Shown piece by piece: positions 29,791 through 41,669 of a DNA stretch of 64,000 nucleotides. The notes under the pieces are model-generated. The model was not told the origin of the DNA. It saw only the letters and a program-made list of their open reading frames with translations, and did no database searches. How positions within the stretch are numbered: position 1 is the stretch's first letter; each line of letters begins with the position of its first letter. Source of the stretch: a candidate division FCPU426 bacterium (GTDB lineage: Bacteria; Oederibacteriota; Muellerivitia; Muellerivitales; Muellerivitaceae). Location of the stretch: the NCBI GenBank assembly GCA_963719085.1, contig CAVRAL010000001.1:1184001-1248000 (forward strand), given 5' to 3'. A program made the translations under genes and the position numbers.

Positions 29791-30783
29791 TTAGCTTTGG
29801 GCTTGCAGGTAATCCAGATGGCTCTTGGCTTGCTTCAAATAATCGGGCGTCTTGGCGTATTGGAGCACTTTGTTCCAAGCGTCCTCCGCCTCCTGCTTTT
29901 TTCCCAATCGTTCGTAGGTCAGCGCCATATCGTTGTAGATGGAGGCGTCCTCAGGCCGCAGGTTGGAGGCTTTTTGGAAAGCGCCCAAAGCGTCCTCGGG
30001 CTGGTCCTTGTCCAAATAAACATCGCCGAGGTTGAACTCAAAATCCGCGTTGTTGCCGTCCATGGTCACCGCTTGCTGCAAAAGCGCCAAGGCGTCATCT
30101 AAATTGCCCGAGCGTTGGTACATGATCGCCAAGTTATTAATGGGATCGGCGAACTGGGGATTGAAGCGAAGCGCCATCTCATACATGCGGACCGCGGCGT
30201 CGTTCATATTGAACCGGGCGTAAAGATAACCCATGGCGAAATAAGCCTTGGCGTAGGTGGGGTCGATTTCCAGGGCTTTTTTCAAGCTGAGGAAGGAGCC
30301 GTGATAATTTTTTTCGTCGAATTGCTGTTTGCCCTTGGCGTAAAGCGAATCCGGATTCCCGGTTTCAATCACCGGGTGAACTTGCTCAATATTCGTGGTA
30401 ACGACCGGATTCAGGCGGTGATGAACCACAGGACCCGCGTGGTGATGATAGACAGGTTTGGGCTTTGCCGCCAAAACCGGGGTTTGCACCAACTTCGCTT
30501 GGTCGGTTTCGGTGAAAAGAAAAGTCCAGTGGGTCATTTCGCCTAAAAAACCCACGAACAAAAGAATCAAAATCGCGATCAACCAGACAAGATCCACCAT
30601 ATCCCGGCCGATATCGCGCGCGCCATACTTACCCTCGTCGGGTTTGCCTGAGGCAGGCTTGGCCTTGCCCGCCGCAGCGGTGGGCGGCACGAAAGCGGTC
30701 GTCTTAGGAAGCTCGGTACCGCACTTGACGCATATTTTCGTGCCGTCTGGGTTTTCAGCGCTGCAAGCCGGACAAAAGATCAT
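29791..30783 (-). CDS. Zinc-ribbon / TM / TPR protein
   Basis: CPAC...CVKC, one TM, about five TPRs. Confidence 0.85.
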   Translation of the reverse strand: MIFCPACSAENPDGTKICVKCGTELPKTTAFVPPTAAAGKAKPASGKPDEGKYGARDIGRDMVDLVWLIAILILLFVGFLGEMTHWTFLFTETDQAKLVQTPVLAAKPKPVYHHHAGPVVHHRLNPVVTTNIEQVHPVIETGNPDSLYAKGKQQFDEKNYHGSFLSLKKALEIDPTYAKAYFAMGYLYARFNMNDAAVRMYEMALRFNPQFADPINNLAIMYQRSGNLDDALALLQQAVTMDGNNADFEFNLGDVYLDKDQPEDALGAFQKASNLRPEDASIYNDMALTYERLGKKQEAEDAWNKVLQYAKTPDYLKQAKSHLDYLQAQS

Positions 30784-30944
30784 GAAACATCCTCGGGAGT
30801 TCAGGGTTATCGCGACCGACGAAAACGTGCCAATTTACCGCACAGCGCTAAAACCTGTCAACGTTTACAGGGCGGGCCCCGCTTAAAACCCCAAGCTTCC
30901 GGGCAGGCCCCCGGAGCCCCCAACCGGGCCACCCCCGAATTGTT

Positions 30945-32138
30945 CTATTTTAAACGTTCTAACTCATCCAACACGCGTCGTGAATTTTTCTGAAGCTGAT
31001 CCAGGTTCGTCTGGACCAGATCAAACTGCTTGCGGGCCCGATCACCGCCTTGATAAACCTGGGTGATCAATTGAAGCATTAAATCGTTGTCATTTCGCTG
31101 GTCTTCCAGCGCCTGTGATATTTCGCTCAACACACTGCTGGCTTTGCGGATGGATTTGACGATCGACATGAAAACGTCGCCCGCGTTATAGACCAGGTTC
31201 ACGTTTTCTTCGATTTTCCCCGTGGTGTTGATCAACGTGATGGCGCTGGCCGTGCGCTGGCGGATGTCATCCACCAAGTGCTTCACGTCACCGGAGGCCC
31301 GGGCTGAGGCCTCGGCCAAAATTTTGATCTCACTGGCGACCACGGCGAAACCCTGGCCATGTTCCCCGGCCCGGGCCGCCTCAATCCCGGCGTTCAAGGC
31401 CAAAAGATTTGTCTTGCGGCTGATGGAGGTGATGGTGGCTAAAAACTCGCCGATTTGGTCCGAGGCCAGGCTTAATTGCTGGATGACTTCCGCCGAGGAT
31501 CCGATGGTGGCCTTGATGTCGGTCATGGCGTTGATTTCCCGGCCCACGGCCTTGATGCCTTCCATGGCGGCTTTGGTGGCGGTGTCGGTGTCGACCGCCA
31601 CTTTTTTGCTGTCATTGACGATCAGCTCATTTAATTGGAGCAGGGATTTATTGATCCGGCTCACTTTCTCGATGGACGCGGTCCAACCGCGGATAATGTC
31701 CTGGAGCCCATGCAAGGAAGTCAACATGCCGTCTTGCTCGGTCATGAGATTGTGGACCATCTCGAAAAGAAGGCGAAAATCCCGTTCGTTGACCCCGGCG
31801 GAGACGTCGGTTTTCACCTCCACACCCGGCGAGGCGGCGGGTACGGAATCCCAAGTTTCCAAAAGGGCGGCGACCGATTGGCGGGCGTCCAGCCACTCCC
31901 CCGCCCTTCGCGCCTTTAAGCTTTCCGTTTCCAATCGCCCGACCCAGGATTCGAGCTCATCCCGCTGCCGGCGCGCGAACGCCGAGGAAAAAAACGCCCC
32001 CAAAAAAGCCCAGGCGACCGCGGCCGCGATGTAAAACCAGACCGCGCTAAAAAAGAAACCGCCCCAGGCGGTGCAGGCCCCCAGCGCGGCGAAAAGGAGT
32101 CCTTGCCGCCAAAAGGCCTGTCGGAATTCAAATCGCAT
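30945..32138 (-). CDS. Methyl-accepting chemotaxis protein
   Basis: [30 protein letters not shown]; two adjacent N-terminal TMs; start moved to 32138. Confidence 0.92.
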   Translation of the reverse strand: MRFEFRQAFWRQGLLFAALGACTAWGGFFFSAVWFYIAAAVAWAFLGAFFSSAFARRQRDELESWVGRLETESLKARRAGEWLDARQSVAALLETWDSVPAASPGVEVKTDVSAGVNERDFRLLFEMVHNLMTEQDGMLTSLHGLQDIIRGWTASIEKVSRINKSLLQLNELIVNDSKKVAVDTDTATKAAMEGIKAVGREINAMTDIKATIGSSAEVIQQLSLASDQIGEFLATITSISRKTNLLALNAGIEAARAGEHGQGFAVVASEIKILAEASARASGDVKHLVDDIRQRTASAITLINTTGKIEENVNLVYNAGDVFMSIVKSIRKASSVLSEISQALEDQRNDNDLMLQLITQVYQGGDRARKQFDLVQTNLDQLQKNSRRVLDELERLK

Positions 32139-32143
32139 GAATT

Positions 32144-32512
32144 TCAGCTGCCGCTTTTCGTAAGATAGGATTTCAACGACTCCACATCGTCCTCGCGCAT
32201 GGCTAAAAAGTGGAGGCCGCCGCCGGTTTCGTTGGCCCAAACCACCTCGGCGAAGGCCGAGATCAGCACCGGATGGTTGGGGATCGAGATGTCGAGACGC
32301 AATATGCTGCCCACCTTCAAAACCTGCTCCGCCACGATGTAAAGCCCGCCCAAACTCACGTCCATGGTGCTGGTGCTTTGTTCCCTTTTGCGGCGTTCAA
32401 ACACCGAATCGAGTTCTTTTTGATCCTCAATCAAGCGGTACTTCACCGGAATCTTGATGGAAACCCGGGGAAAAATCCTTTTTTCGATGAACATATTGGC
32501 ATCGGGGGACAT
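32144..32512 (-). CDS. PilZ domain protein
   Basis: RxxxR (KRIFPR) and DxSxGG (DVSLGG). Confidence 0.9.
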   Translation of the reverse strand: MSPDANMFIEKRIFPRVSIKIPVKYRLIEDQKELDSVFERRKREQSTSTMDVSLGGLYIVAEQVLKVGSILRLDISIPNHPVLISAFAEVVWANETGGGLHFLAMREDDVESLKSYLTKSGS

Positions 32513-32530
32513 GACTCGCTCCTTCTTGGT

Positions 32531-33535
32531 TTATAGGTCAAAAGGTCGATAAGTGACGGACAAAAAGAAAAGAAAACCGAAATCCGGCCGGGGCACCACG
32601 AACTCGGTCGGGAAGAAATCCAATTTCCCTTCCACCGTGAATTGGGGGTCCACCCTCACCGTCAATCCACCGCCCGAGTAAAAAAGCTGATCCGCGTAAT
32701 GTCCTTGGTCATAAGAAAGCGGGATTTGATTCCAGAGCATAGTCCCGATTTTTCGCATCCGAAACTCGTAAAAAAGGGTCACCATGCGTTGGGCCCTCTC
32801 AAAAGCTAAAAACTCAATACGACCCAATGCCTGAAACTCATCCGGCCACTGAAAGACCCCGGCACCCAAATAAGGGTCAGAGGAACCCAATTGCAAAGGC
32901 AATGAACGTTGGTAGTGTACGCTTTCAAAAAGCGAAAATCTACCCAGTTGTTGGCGCAGGATAAGGCCCAAAGATCCTTCTGGAGTTCCTTTTCCCGTGG
33001 AGAGGATGGGAGTGAGTGTCGGTCCGAAAGGACTGGTTCCGGTGGCGAAGCGCCACCATCCATCCAAGCCGAAGTAATTGCCGCCGGACCTCTTCCCCGA
33101 CAAAAGATAGGTCGCGCCTACTTCCAAATCGCCCAGGGTTTGACTGCTTTGGGTCACGTTGGTTAAATCCTCGAACGCGTTCGCCTCGAAAGGAAGCGAA
33201 AGCCGAAGCTGAATGTCTTCGGTCGGCCAAGCGCTGACCTGAAAACCGTATTCAATGCCGCGAAGCGAATAAACCAGCGAAGCGCCGGGGGTTACGGCCG
33301 GATCGGATAACCTCAAAACACCGGTAAAAAAAAAGTCCGGAAGGCCCGAGCTGGCCAAATAAAAACTGGGCTCTTCATAGCGGTAAATGGAAAAGGAAAA
33401 ATCATCCTGGTTGAAATTCTCAAAGGGGATGGTATCCATCTGGGTCGCCTGAATGGGAGGCGCGGCGCCGGCCCCCAGAAGCCCGATCAGACTCAAGGCC
33501 GCCAAGCCGATCCTGAATCCCCGGGTCGGTCTCAC
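32531..33535 (-). CDS. Putative outer-membrane beta-barrel protein
   Basis: Signal peptide, LGDLEVG and ATG motifs, amphipathic aromatic strands. Confidence 0.55.
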   Translation of the reverse strand: MRPTRGFRIGLAALSLIGLLGAGAAPPIQATQMDTIPFENFNQDDFSFSIYRYEEPSFYLASSGLPDFFFTGVLRLSDPAVTPGASLVYSLRGIEYGFQVSAWPTEDIQLRLSLPFEANAFEDLTNVTQSSQTLGDLEVGATYLLSGKRSGGNYFGLDGWWRFATGTSPFGPTLTPILSTGKGTPEGSLGLILRQQLGRFSLFESVHYQRSLPLQLGSSDPYLGAGVFQWPDEFQALGRIEFLAFERAQRMVTLFYEFRMRKIGTMLWNQIPLSYDQGHYADQLFYSGGGLTVRVDPQFTVEGKLDFFPTEFVVPRPDFGFLFFLSVTYRPFDL

Positions 33536-33547
33536 GATGAATTCGAT

Positions 33548-34132
33548 TTAGAAATGGTAAGAAAGTGAAGCGCTGGCCATCGGTTGAAGCCCCAGCGAAA
33601 GGGACACGTAATGGCGCCGGTTGTAATCCACCGCCCCATCCAGGGCGTCCTCAATGCCAAAACCATAAGCCGCCAAAGTCAGAAGGCCAAAAAGCGAACC
33701 CTTTTGCTCATCCTTGGCGATCACATCGCCCGGGCTGTTGGGGTTGGGTATCAGTTGAAGACTTTCGATGGTCTGCCAAAGCGATACCCCAAAAACGGCG
33801 GCAAAGGCCACGCCCTTCAGGGGGTCGTCGTCATAAACTTGTCCGGCCCCCGGTATCAACAGGGAAAAAACCGCCGCCGTCGTGGGATCTTTACGGTGAA
33901 TTCCGGGTTCAGGCGTAGGGGTGGCGGTCGCGATTCCCACATAGGGGGCGACCACGGGAGTCGGAGTGGCGGTTAAAACATCATTGGAGTCGCTGGGGAC
34001 CATCACTTCCGGGGCCGCCACCGGAGTCGGGGTTTGGGTGCCGCTGGGATTCCAAAAGGAAGGGGCCGCGTGGAGCGCCGAAACACCGATAAAAAAAGCG
34101 AAAACACCCGGGACAAAAATTTTTTCTTTCAT
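33548..34132 (-). CDS. Exported protein, DUF5683/TM2-like
   Basis: Signal peptide, TPTP linker, KDPTTAAVFSLLIPGAGQVY. Confidence 0.65.
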   Translation of the reverse strand: MKEKIFVPGVFAFFIGVSALHAAPSFWNPSGTQTPTPVAAPEVMVPSDSNDVLTATPTPVVAPYVGIATATPTPEPGIHRKDPTTAAVFSLLIPGAGQVYDDDPLKGVAFAAVFGVSLWQTIESLQLIPNPNSPGDVIAKDEQKGSLFGLLTLAAYGFGIEDALDGAVDYNRRHYVSLSLGLQPMASASLSYHF

Positions 34133-34215
34133 GCGGCTAAGGTATCTCCCCGCTTCCAGCCTGTCAAGTTAACAGGATAAAGGCGCTTGTCGCGCCAAGG
34201 CGCGGCGCCCCGCCC

Positions 34216-35799
34216 TTAAAACCGGATGAATTTCAGCTCTTGGATATCGGGAATCTGCCTTAATTCCTGCATGACCTTCTCAGGAACCTCGCTGTCCACG
34301 TTGACCATGGCGATGGCGTTCCCGCCCACCTTTTGCCGTCCCACGTAAAGTCCCGCGATGTTGACGTTGTTGCTCCCCAGCACGGTGCCGAGTTTCCCCA
34401 CGATGCCCGGCTTATCGTGATGGGCCATCCAGATCATGTTCCCTTCAGGCGAAAAGTCGGTGTTGTTCCCGTCCAGGCTCACGATGCGGGTCTCTCGTTT
34501 CCCAAAGACCGTCCCCGTGATGACATGGGTGTTTTTCTCGTTCTTCACCGTCACTTGAATCAAGGAGGAGTAATCCCGGGCCACATTGTTCACGGTTTCC
34601 GAGATGCCGTAGCCCTTTTCCTTGGCCATAAACAAAGCGTTCACGTAATTAACCGAGTGGCTCATGCCTTTTTGAAGAATTCCCTTCACCAAGCTCAATG
34701 TCAAGGGTTTGGGATCATACTTGGCGATCTCCCCCGTGTATTCCACGTGGATGTCCTTAATGTAGGACTCGGCCAATTGGGAGTGGAATGAGCCGATTTT
34801 CTCCACCAATTCCAGGTAGGGCCGGAGTTCTTCCAAAATTTTCGGGTCAATCGACGGCATATTGACCGCGTTGCGGACCCGTCCGCCCCGCAAGGCCTCC
34901 ACAATCTGCTCGGCCACCACCACCGCCACATTGACCTGGGCTTCCTGCGTCGCCGCGCCCAAGTGGGGCACGCAAACCACGTTGTCCAAGGTCAAAAGCG
35001 GGTTATCGAAAGGAGGTTCCTTTTCAAAAACGTCCAGGGCCGCTCCGGCGACCTTGCCGCTTTTCAGGCCGTCATACAAAGCCGTCTCGTCGATGATGCC
35101 GCCGCGCGCGCAGTTGACCAGCCGCACGCCGTTTTTCATGGCCGCGATCTGCTTGGCGCCCAACAAACCCTTGGTCTCGTTGGTGAGAGGCGTGTGGACC
35201 GTGATAAAGTCCGAACGCTTAATGACATCTTCCAAGGTCACGATCTCAAACTCATGCCCCTTGGCCGTGGCGGGATCAATGAAGGGATCATAGGCAATGA
35301 CGCGCATGCCCAGCCCGATGGCCTTGCGGGCCACGTTGCTGCCGATACGGCCCAATCCCACTACCCCCAAAATTTTGTCGTTCAATTCGCAGCCGATAAA
35401 CTTACTGCGTTCCCACTTTTTCTCTTTCAGCGATTGCTGGGCTTGGGGAATTTGGCGGGCCATCGCCATCAGCATCGCCACGGTGTGCTCGGAGGTGGAG
35501 ATGGTGTTTCCATCGGGCGTATTCATCACAATAATGCCCTTTTTGGTGGCCGAGGGAAGATCCACATTGTCGACGCCGACACCCGCGCGCCCGATGACCT
35601 TCATTTTGGTGGCCGCTTCAATGAGTTCCGCCGTGGCCGTGGTGCCGCTGCGGATCACCCAAGCGTCGTATTCGGGCAGGATGGCTTTGAGCTCGGCGGG
35701 AGTCTTGTTGAACTTTTCGTCCGCCTGGATATCTTTTTCCTTCTTAAAAACATCCATCCCCAAATCGGACAACTTGTCGGTGATTAAAATCTTGAACAT
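34216..35799 (-). CDS. serA: D-3-phosphoglycerate dehydrogenase
   Basis: RAGVGVDN, GLGRIG, NCARGG, PHLGA, C-terminal ACT (DKPGIVG). Confidence 0.96.
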   Translation of the reverse strand: MFKILITDKLSDLGMDVFKKEKDIQADEKFNKTPAELKAILPEYDAWVIRSGTTATAELIEAATKMKVIGRAGVGVDNVDLPSATKKGIIVMNTPDGNTISTSEHTVAMLMAMARQIPQAQQSLKEKKWERSKFIGCELNDKILGVVGLGRIGSNVARKAIGLGMRVIAYDPFIDPATAKGHEFEIVTLEDVIKRSDFITVHTPLTNETKGLLGAKQIAAMKNGVRLVNCARGGIIDETALYDGLKSGKVAGAALDVFEKEPPFDNPLLTLDNVVCVPHLGAATQEAQVNVAVVVAEQIVEALRGGRVRNAVNMPSIDPKILEELRPYLELVEKIGSFHSQLAESYIKDIHVEYTGEIAKYDPKPLTLSLVKGILQKGMSHSVNYVNALFMAKEKGYGISETVNNVARDYSSLIQVTVKNEKNTHVITGTVFGKRETRIVSLDGNNTDFSPEGNMIWMAHHDKPGIVGKLGTVLGSNNVNIAGLYVGRQKVGGNAIAMVNVDSEVPEKVMQELRQIPDIQELKFIRF

Positions 35800-35833
35800 T
35801 TTTCCCCCATTTAATTAATAAGCCAAAAAGAGT

Positions 35834-35928
35834 TTTTCACCACCAAGGCGCCAAGACACCAAGGAAGACAAAGCCTCAAGACAAATTGGTTTCAGACTTC
35901 TTGGTGCCTTGGTGTCTTGGTGGTGAAA
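35834..35928. repeat. Intergenic palindrome, 8-mer-unit family, copy 3
   Basis: TTTCACCACCAAGGCGCCAAGACACCAAG ... CTTGGTGCCTTGGTGTCTTGGTGGTGAAA. Confidence 0.88.
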
Positions 35929-35943
35929 GGCGCCGATAGATGC

Positions 35944-37098
35944 CTATAGATTCTCGGCCAGGATAATTTCCTCAACAGCCTTCACGCCGGCTCCCAAGGG
36001 AACCTTGTGTCCCAGCTTGGTCAAGACCATCTCGCAAACCGCCATGCCCAGAATAATGTCCGAGCCATCCACGTAGCCCAAGTGGCCGATGCGGAATACT
36101 TTTCCCTTCACCTTGCCCTGGCCCCCGGCGATGCTCATGCCGTAAACGTCCCGGAAAGTTTTGTTGACGGCCCCGCTGTCGATTCCTTCGGGCGCCAAAA
36201 CCGCCGTCAAAGCCGGCGACGGCGCCGTGGGCGCGAAAAGTTTCAAGCCGATCGCCTGAACGCCTGTCCGCATAGCCTTGGCCAAAGCCTCATGCCTTTG
36301 CCAGACCTTTTCCATGCCTTCCGCTTGGATGAGCTCCAAAGCTTTTCGCAACTGGATGATCAATGAGATCGCCGGGGTCCATGGCGTGTCCGGCATGGTT
36401 CCTTCGGTGAGTTTTTTCAAGGCTTTGTCGTAGCTGAAATAGTAGCGGGGATTTTTGGCGGCCTTGGATTTCTCCACGCCCGCGGGTGATAAGGCCACAA
36501 AAGACAATCCCGGCGGAATCATGAAGCCCTTTTGAGCGCCCGACAAAACCAGGTCCACGCCCCAGGCGTCCATTTCCAACGGCGCCGCGCCTAAGCCTGA
36601 AATAGCGTCCACCACGATCACCGCCCCGGCCTCATGGGCCACTTGGGTCAGTGTTTTAATGTCGTTCACCACTCCTGTGGAAGTCTCATTTAAAGTCGTG
36701 AAAACCAGCTTCACGTCCGGATTGGCCTTCAAGCGTTTGCGCACTTCCTCCGGGTCAACCGCCTTACCCCACTCGCTCTCATATAGGTCAGCCTGTACTT
36801 GGTACACCTGGCAGATTTCTTTCCAACGGTTCCCGAAATGCCCCGAAGAGGCCACCAAAACCTTCTCGCCGGGCGAAGTCATGTTAGCCACCGCCGATTC
36901 CATCGCGCCGGTTCCGACCGAAGCGAAGGTCATGACAGGCTGTTTCGTCCTAAAAAAGGCCTGCAAACCGTCATTCGCGTCCTTAAAGATGGCCTGAAAC
37001 TGCGGCGTGCGGTGATGGATAATTGGAAGGCCGCCCTCGGCTAAAACTTCAGCCGGAATAGGGGTGGGCCCCGGGGCCATTAAGTACTTTTTTCGCAT
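35944..37098 (-). CDS. Class V PLP aminotransferase (alanine-glyoxylate/serine-pyruvate family)
   Basis: PGPTP, ETSTGV, VDAIS, GAQKG, FRIGHLG; directly upstream of serA. Confidence 0.92.
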   Translation of the reverse strand: MRKKYLMAPGPTPIPAEVLAEGGLPIIHHRTPQFQAIFKDANDGLQAFFRTKQPVMTFASVGTGAMESAVANMTSPGEKVLVASSGHFGNRWKEICQVYQVQADLYESEWGKAVDPEEVRKRLKANPDVKLVFTTLNETSTGVVNDIKTLTQVAHEAGAVIVVDAISGLGAAPLEMDAWGVDLVLSGAQKGFMIPPGLSFVALSPAGVEKSKAAKNPRYYFSYDKALKKLTEGTMPDTPWTPAISLIIQLRKALELIQAEGMEKVWQRHEALAKAMRTGVQAIGLKLFAPTAPSPALTAVLAPEGIDSGAVNKTFRDVYGMSIAGGQGKVKGKVFRIGHLGYVDGSDIILGMAVCEMVLTKLGHKVPLGAGVKAVEEIILAENL

Positions 37099-37155
37099 GA
37101 AAAACCCTCTTTTGAAATGGACTGTGGGATTGGAAAGGCGTTGAAAAGCCGGATC

Positions 37156-37235
37156 TTGTGATTTTTTTCACAAAGTGGAAAGTAGTATAAGTTTCACGAA
37201 GAAGCTGTCAAGAGACTTTGTGAAAAGTTTCACAA
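37156..37235 (-). promoter_or_regulatory. Sigma70 promoter flanked by two Rex/CRP-like operators
   Basis: TTGACA-N16-TATACT (37211-37184); TTGTGATTTTTTTCACAA at 37156-37173 and TTGTGAAAAGTTTCACAA at 37218-37235. Confidence 0.75.
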
Positions 37236-37260
37236 GGAATTTACAAAGGACGCCTAGGGC

Positions 37261-38100
37261 TTAAGCCCTCAAAAACTCGAGGGTAAAATCGGCCGTTGGC
37301 CCTGGTTTTTCAAAGGGAACCAAGTGCCCCGCCCCGGCCACCACCTTAAAAACCGCGGAAGGATCGGCCTTTTGAAAAGCGGCCTCACTTTCGGCCGTAA
37401 AGGTGTTGGACTCCGCGCCCCGAATGACCAAACACGGCACCTTCAATCGCGCCGCCGCCTTCCAAACGTTCGTGGGAATGGTTTGGTAAATCTTCGCTTC
37501 CCATTCGGGAGGATAAACCAATCTTACTCCCCCTTGGAGATCCGGCGCGGTCATGCTTTTGGCGTAATCCTCGACAACTTCCGGGTCCCAAGTCCGAAAC
37601 AAAGGTTTGGACTTAAAACTTTCAAGCGCCGCCTCCAGACTGTCCCAATGGCGCCGGCGCCGAAGAGCTCCCGCCACCAAATCGGGGCGAAATTCCAAAC
37701 CTAATTTTTTCATCCACCAAACTTTTATTAAAAGAGGCGGCGGAAGCATGGTCGGGTCGATTAAAACAATCCGGCTGAACCGCTCCGGCTCTTTCAAGGC
37801 GGCGTTTAGGGTGAGAACAGCGCCCAAGCTATGGCCCACGCCGATTATTTTTCCCCCCGGGGCGCGAAGGTCCAGGGATCCAAGCGCCGAAAGAAGATCA
37901 TCGGTCAACAAAGACCAGTCCCGGAGGGCTTTCGCTGGAGGGCATCCCGGCCACAAAGGCCGCGCGGGAAAAGCCAGGCCCTGATAAAAATTAAGAAAAG
38001 GTTTAAAAAAAGATCGGTAGGTAAGCGGGGGAAAACCATTGGCGTGGGCTAAATGAATGAGGGGTTTATCCGAGGGCGCGTTAAATTGAAAAAAATCCAT
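37261..38100 (-). CDS. Alpha/beta hydrolase
   Basis: HANGF, GHSLG nucleophile elbow, GHLVPFEKP. Confidence 0.9.
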   Translation of the reverse strand: MDFFQFNAPSDKPLIHLAHANGFPPLTYRSFFKPFLNFYQGLAFPARPLWPGCPPAKALRDWSLLTDDLLSALGSLDLRAPGGKIIGVGHSLGAVLTLNAALKEPERFSRIVLIDPTMLPPPLLIKVWWMKKLGLEFRPDLVAGALRRRRHWDSLEAALESFKSKPLFRTWDPEVVEDYAKSMTAPDLQGGVRLVYPPEWEAKIYQTIPTNVWKAAARLKVPCLVIRGAESNTFTAESEAAFQKADPSAVFKVVAGAGHLVPFEKPGPTADFTLEFLRA

Positions 38101-38120
38101 GGGAGCCGTTACTCAGGCCG

Positions 38121-39383
<1,263 letters not shown>

Positions 39384-39391
39384 AAACGCCC

Positions 39392-39994
39392 TTACTTGTC
39401 CTTTTTAACTTCCGGCCGCTTCATGATCACTTCGTCCACCAAGCCATAGGTCTTTGACTCTTCCGCGGACATGAAATAGTCCCGCTCGACGTCCTTCTCG
39501 ATTTTATCAAGCGATTGGCCCGTGTGGTGGGAAAGAATTTCGTTCAATTGCTTCTTGGTTTTCATGATTTCCTGGGCTTGAATCTGGATATCAGTGGCTT
39601 GGCCCTGGGCCCCGCCGGACGGCTGGTGGATCATCACCCGCGCGTTGGGCAGGCAAAAACGCTTGCCTTTGGCGCCCGCGGCCAAAAGCACCGCGCCCAT
39701 GCTGGCCGCTTGGCCCATGCAGATGGTGGAAACCGGGGCCTTCAAAAACTGGATGGTGTCATAAATCGCCAGCCCCGCCGAGACCACGCCGCCCGGGCTA
39801 TTGACGTAAAGGCTGATGTCCTTATCCGGGTCTTCCGAGTCCAAAAAGAGAAGCTGGGCGATGATGATGTTCGCCACGTCATCATTGATGGGCGTGCCCA
39901 AAACAATAATACGGTCCTTCAACAACCTCGAGTAAATGTCATAGGCCCGCTCGCCGCGGTTCGTCTGTTCCACCACCATTGGAATCAGCCCCAT
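39392..39994 (-). CDS. clpP: ATP-dependent Clp protease proteolytic subunit
   Basis: DIYSRLL, NSPGG, AASMG, MIHQP. Confidence 0.98.
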   Translation of the reverse strand: MGLIPMVVEQTNRGERAYDIYSRLLKDRIIVLGTPINDDVANIIIAQLLFLDSEDPDKDISLYVNSPGGVVSAGLAIYDTIQFLKAPVSTICMGQAASMGAVLLAAGAKGKRFCLPNARVMIHQPSGGAQGQATDIQIQAQEIMKTKKQLNEILSHHTGQSLDKIEKDVERDYFMSAEESKTYGLVDEVIMKRPEVKKDK

Positions 39995-40074
39995 AAAAAG
40001 CCTCCCTCGTCGTTTGTTAAGTCCCGTACAAGCTAAGAAGAAACCGTTCTAAAATTCAAGCCGTGTCCTAAAAA

Positions 40075-41361
40075 TCAGGCTTTTTCAACTTTGGCTTCGG
40101 ACACCAAAAAATCCAGGGTCTTCTCATAGCGGATCCAATCTTGGATCGATTCCTGGTTCCCCTGCTGCTGGATATAGCGCTTCACCGTGTCTGGCGGCTG
40201 GTTCACGTTTTTGGCGACCTTCTCCACATAAGCGTCGAAATCCACGGGTTCGGTATGGATATGTTCCTTATCCGATATCTTCTCCACGATTAAAGCCATC
40301 TGCACGTTGCGGGCCGCGACAGGCCGGAGCTTTTCCACGAATTCTTTCTTTTGCTCCTCGCTCAAATTGTTCACGTCGATGCCTTGGGACTGCATGCGCT
40401 CGGCGCCCTGCTGCACCAGGCGTTGCTGCTCCATATCAATCAAAGAATCCGGGATGTCAAAAACATGGTCCTTGATCAATTGGTCCGCGATCTGGTCCGT
40501 CGACTTCATGCGTTGCTCGGCCCCGCGGTGCGCCTTGATATCTTGCTCGATCTTTTGGCGAAGTTCCGCTACCGTTTCGACGCCGCCCACTTCCTTGGCG
40601 AAGTCATTGTCCACCATAGGAAGCTTCTTTTCTTTTACCTCATGTACCATCACGGTGAACTCGGAGTTTTTTCCGGCCACTTCTTTGCCGAAGTAATCAT
40701 CCGGAAACTTCATGGGGAAAGTTTTACTCTCGCCCTTTTTCATGCCCATTAAGGCCGCCTCAAATTCCTTCATCATGTTGCCGCCGCCCAAAACCACCGG
40801 GTAACGGGTGGCCTTACCGCCCTTAAAAGGCTTGCCGTCGATTTTGCCGTCAAAATCCACCACTACCATGTCGTCTTTTTGCGCCGCCCGGCCCTCTTCC
40901 GCCGGGACAAACTGGGCTCCGCGCTCGCGCAAATCGTTCAAGGTCTTATCCACGTCCGCTTCCCCAATCGGCGTCTCGTCTTTTTTAATCTTGATACCTT
41001 TATAATTTTTCAGCTCAAAAAAGGGCTTTACTTCCACCCGGGCGATAAATTTCAGGGGCGCGCCTTCCTCAAAATTAAGCTCCGTGATCCGGGGTTGGGC
41101 CACCGGATTGAGCTTTTGGTCCTTGATGGCCTCGCGGAAAAACTCCGGCAGTTCGTATTGGAGGACTTGGTCCCGGACGTTGGATTTGTATTCTTTTTTA
41201 ATCACGTCCATCGGCACTTTTCCCTTTCGGAAACCCGGCAGCTTGGCCTCCTGGGAAATACGGCTATAAATGGCGTCCACCCGGGTTTGGACCCGGTCTG
41301 CCGGCACTTCCACCTGCACGTCTTTGGTACAACCTGTCACTGAATTCACGCTGACTTTCAC
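40075..41361 (-). CDS. tig: Trigger factor
   Basis: PGFRKGKVP ribosome-binding signature, FKBP-like domain, position before clpP. Confidence 0.96.
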   Translation of the reverse strand: MKVSVNSVTGCTKDVQVEVPADRVQTRVDAIYSRISQEAKLPGFRKGKVPMDVIKKEYKSNVRDQVLQYELPEFFREAIKDQKLNPVAQPRITELNFEEGAPLKFIARVEVKPFFELKNYKGIKIKKDETPIGEADVDKTLNDLRERGAQFVPAEEGRAAQKDDMVVVDFDGKIDGKPFKGGKATRYPVVLGGGNMMKEFEAALMGMKKGESKTFPMKFPDDYFGKEVAGKNSEFTVMVHEVKEKKLPMVDNDFAKEVGGVETVAELRQKIEQDIKAHRGAEQRMKSTDQIADQLIKDHVFDIPDSLIDMEQQRLVQQGAERMQSQGIDVNNLSEEQKKEFVEKLRPVAARNVQMALIVEKISDKEHIHTEPVDFDAYVEKVAKNVNQPPDTVKRYIQQQGNQESIQDWIRYEKTLDFLVSEAKVEKA

Positions 41362-41432
41362 AAGAGCTCCTTAAAAAGTTGGGTTGAATTGAAGCGTTTC
41401 CCATTTCCCAATTGAAAACAGGATATTTCATA

Positions 41433-41517
41433 TGGTGCGAGAGGGGGGAGTCGAACCCCCATGGGTTTCCCCGCCAGATCCTAAGTCTGGTGCGTCTGCC
41501 AGTTTCGCCACCCTCGC
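41433..41517 (-). tRNA. tRNA-Leu (anticodon TAG)
   Basis: Acceptor GCGAGGG/CTCTCGC plus ACCA, anticodon arm CCAGA-CTTAGGA-TCTGG, long variable arm, GGTTCGACTCC T-arm. Confidence 0.95.
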
Positions 41518-41669
41518 TCGCCCCGGGCAAAAGGGCCCTTATCTTAATGAGGCCTTCCCTCAACGTCAATTTACAGCCCGTTTATTTTCCCATGAAATCC
41601 CAGGTTTTGGCTCGTCTATCCTGGGGAAAATCCTTGGATTCCTTCCCCGCTACCAGGTAAAGTCTGATC

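Noticed and set aside
41433..41517. tRNA-Leu as an integration site
   Set aside because: No duplicated 3' end or integrase; tRNA-Leu before tig-clpP-clpX is a common native arrangement
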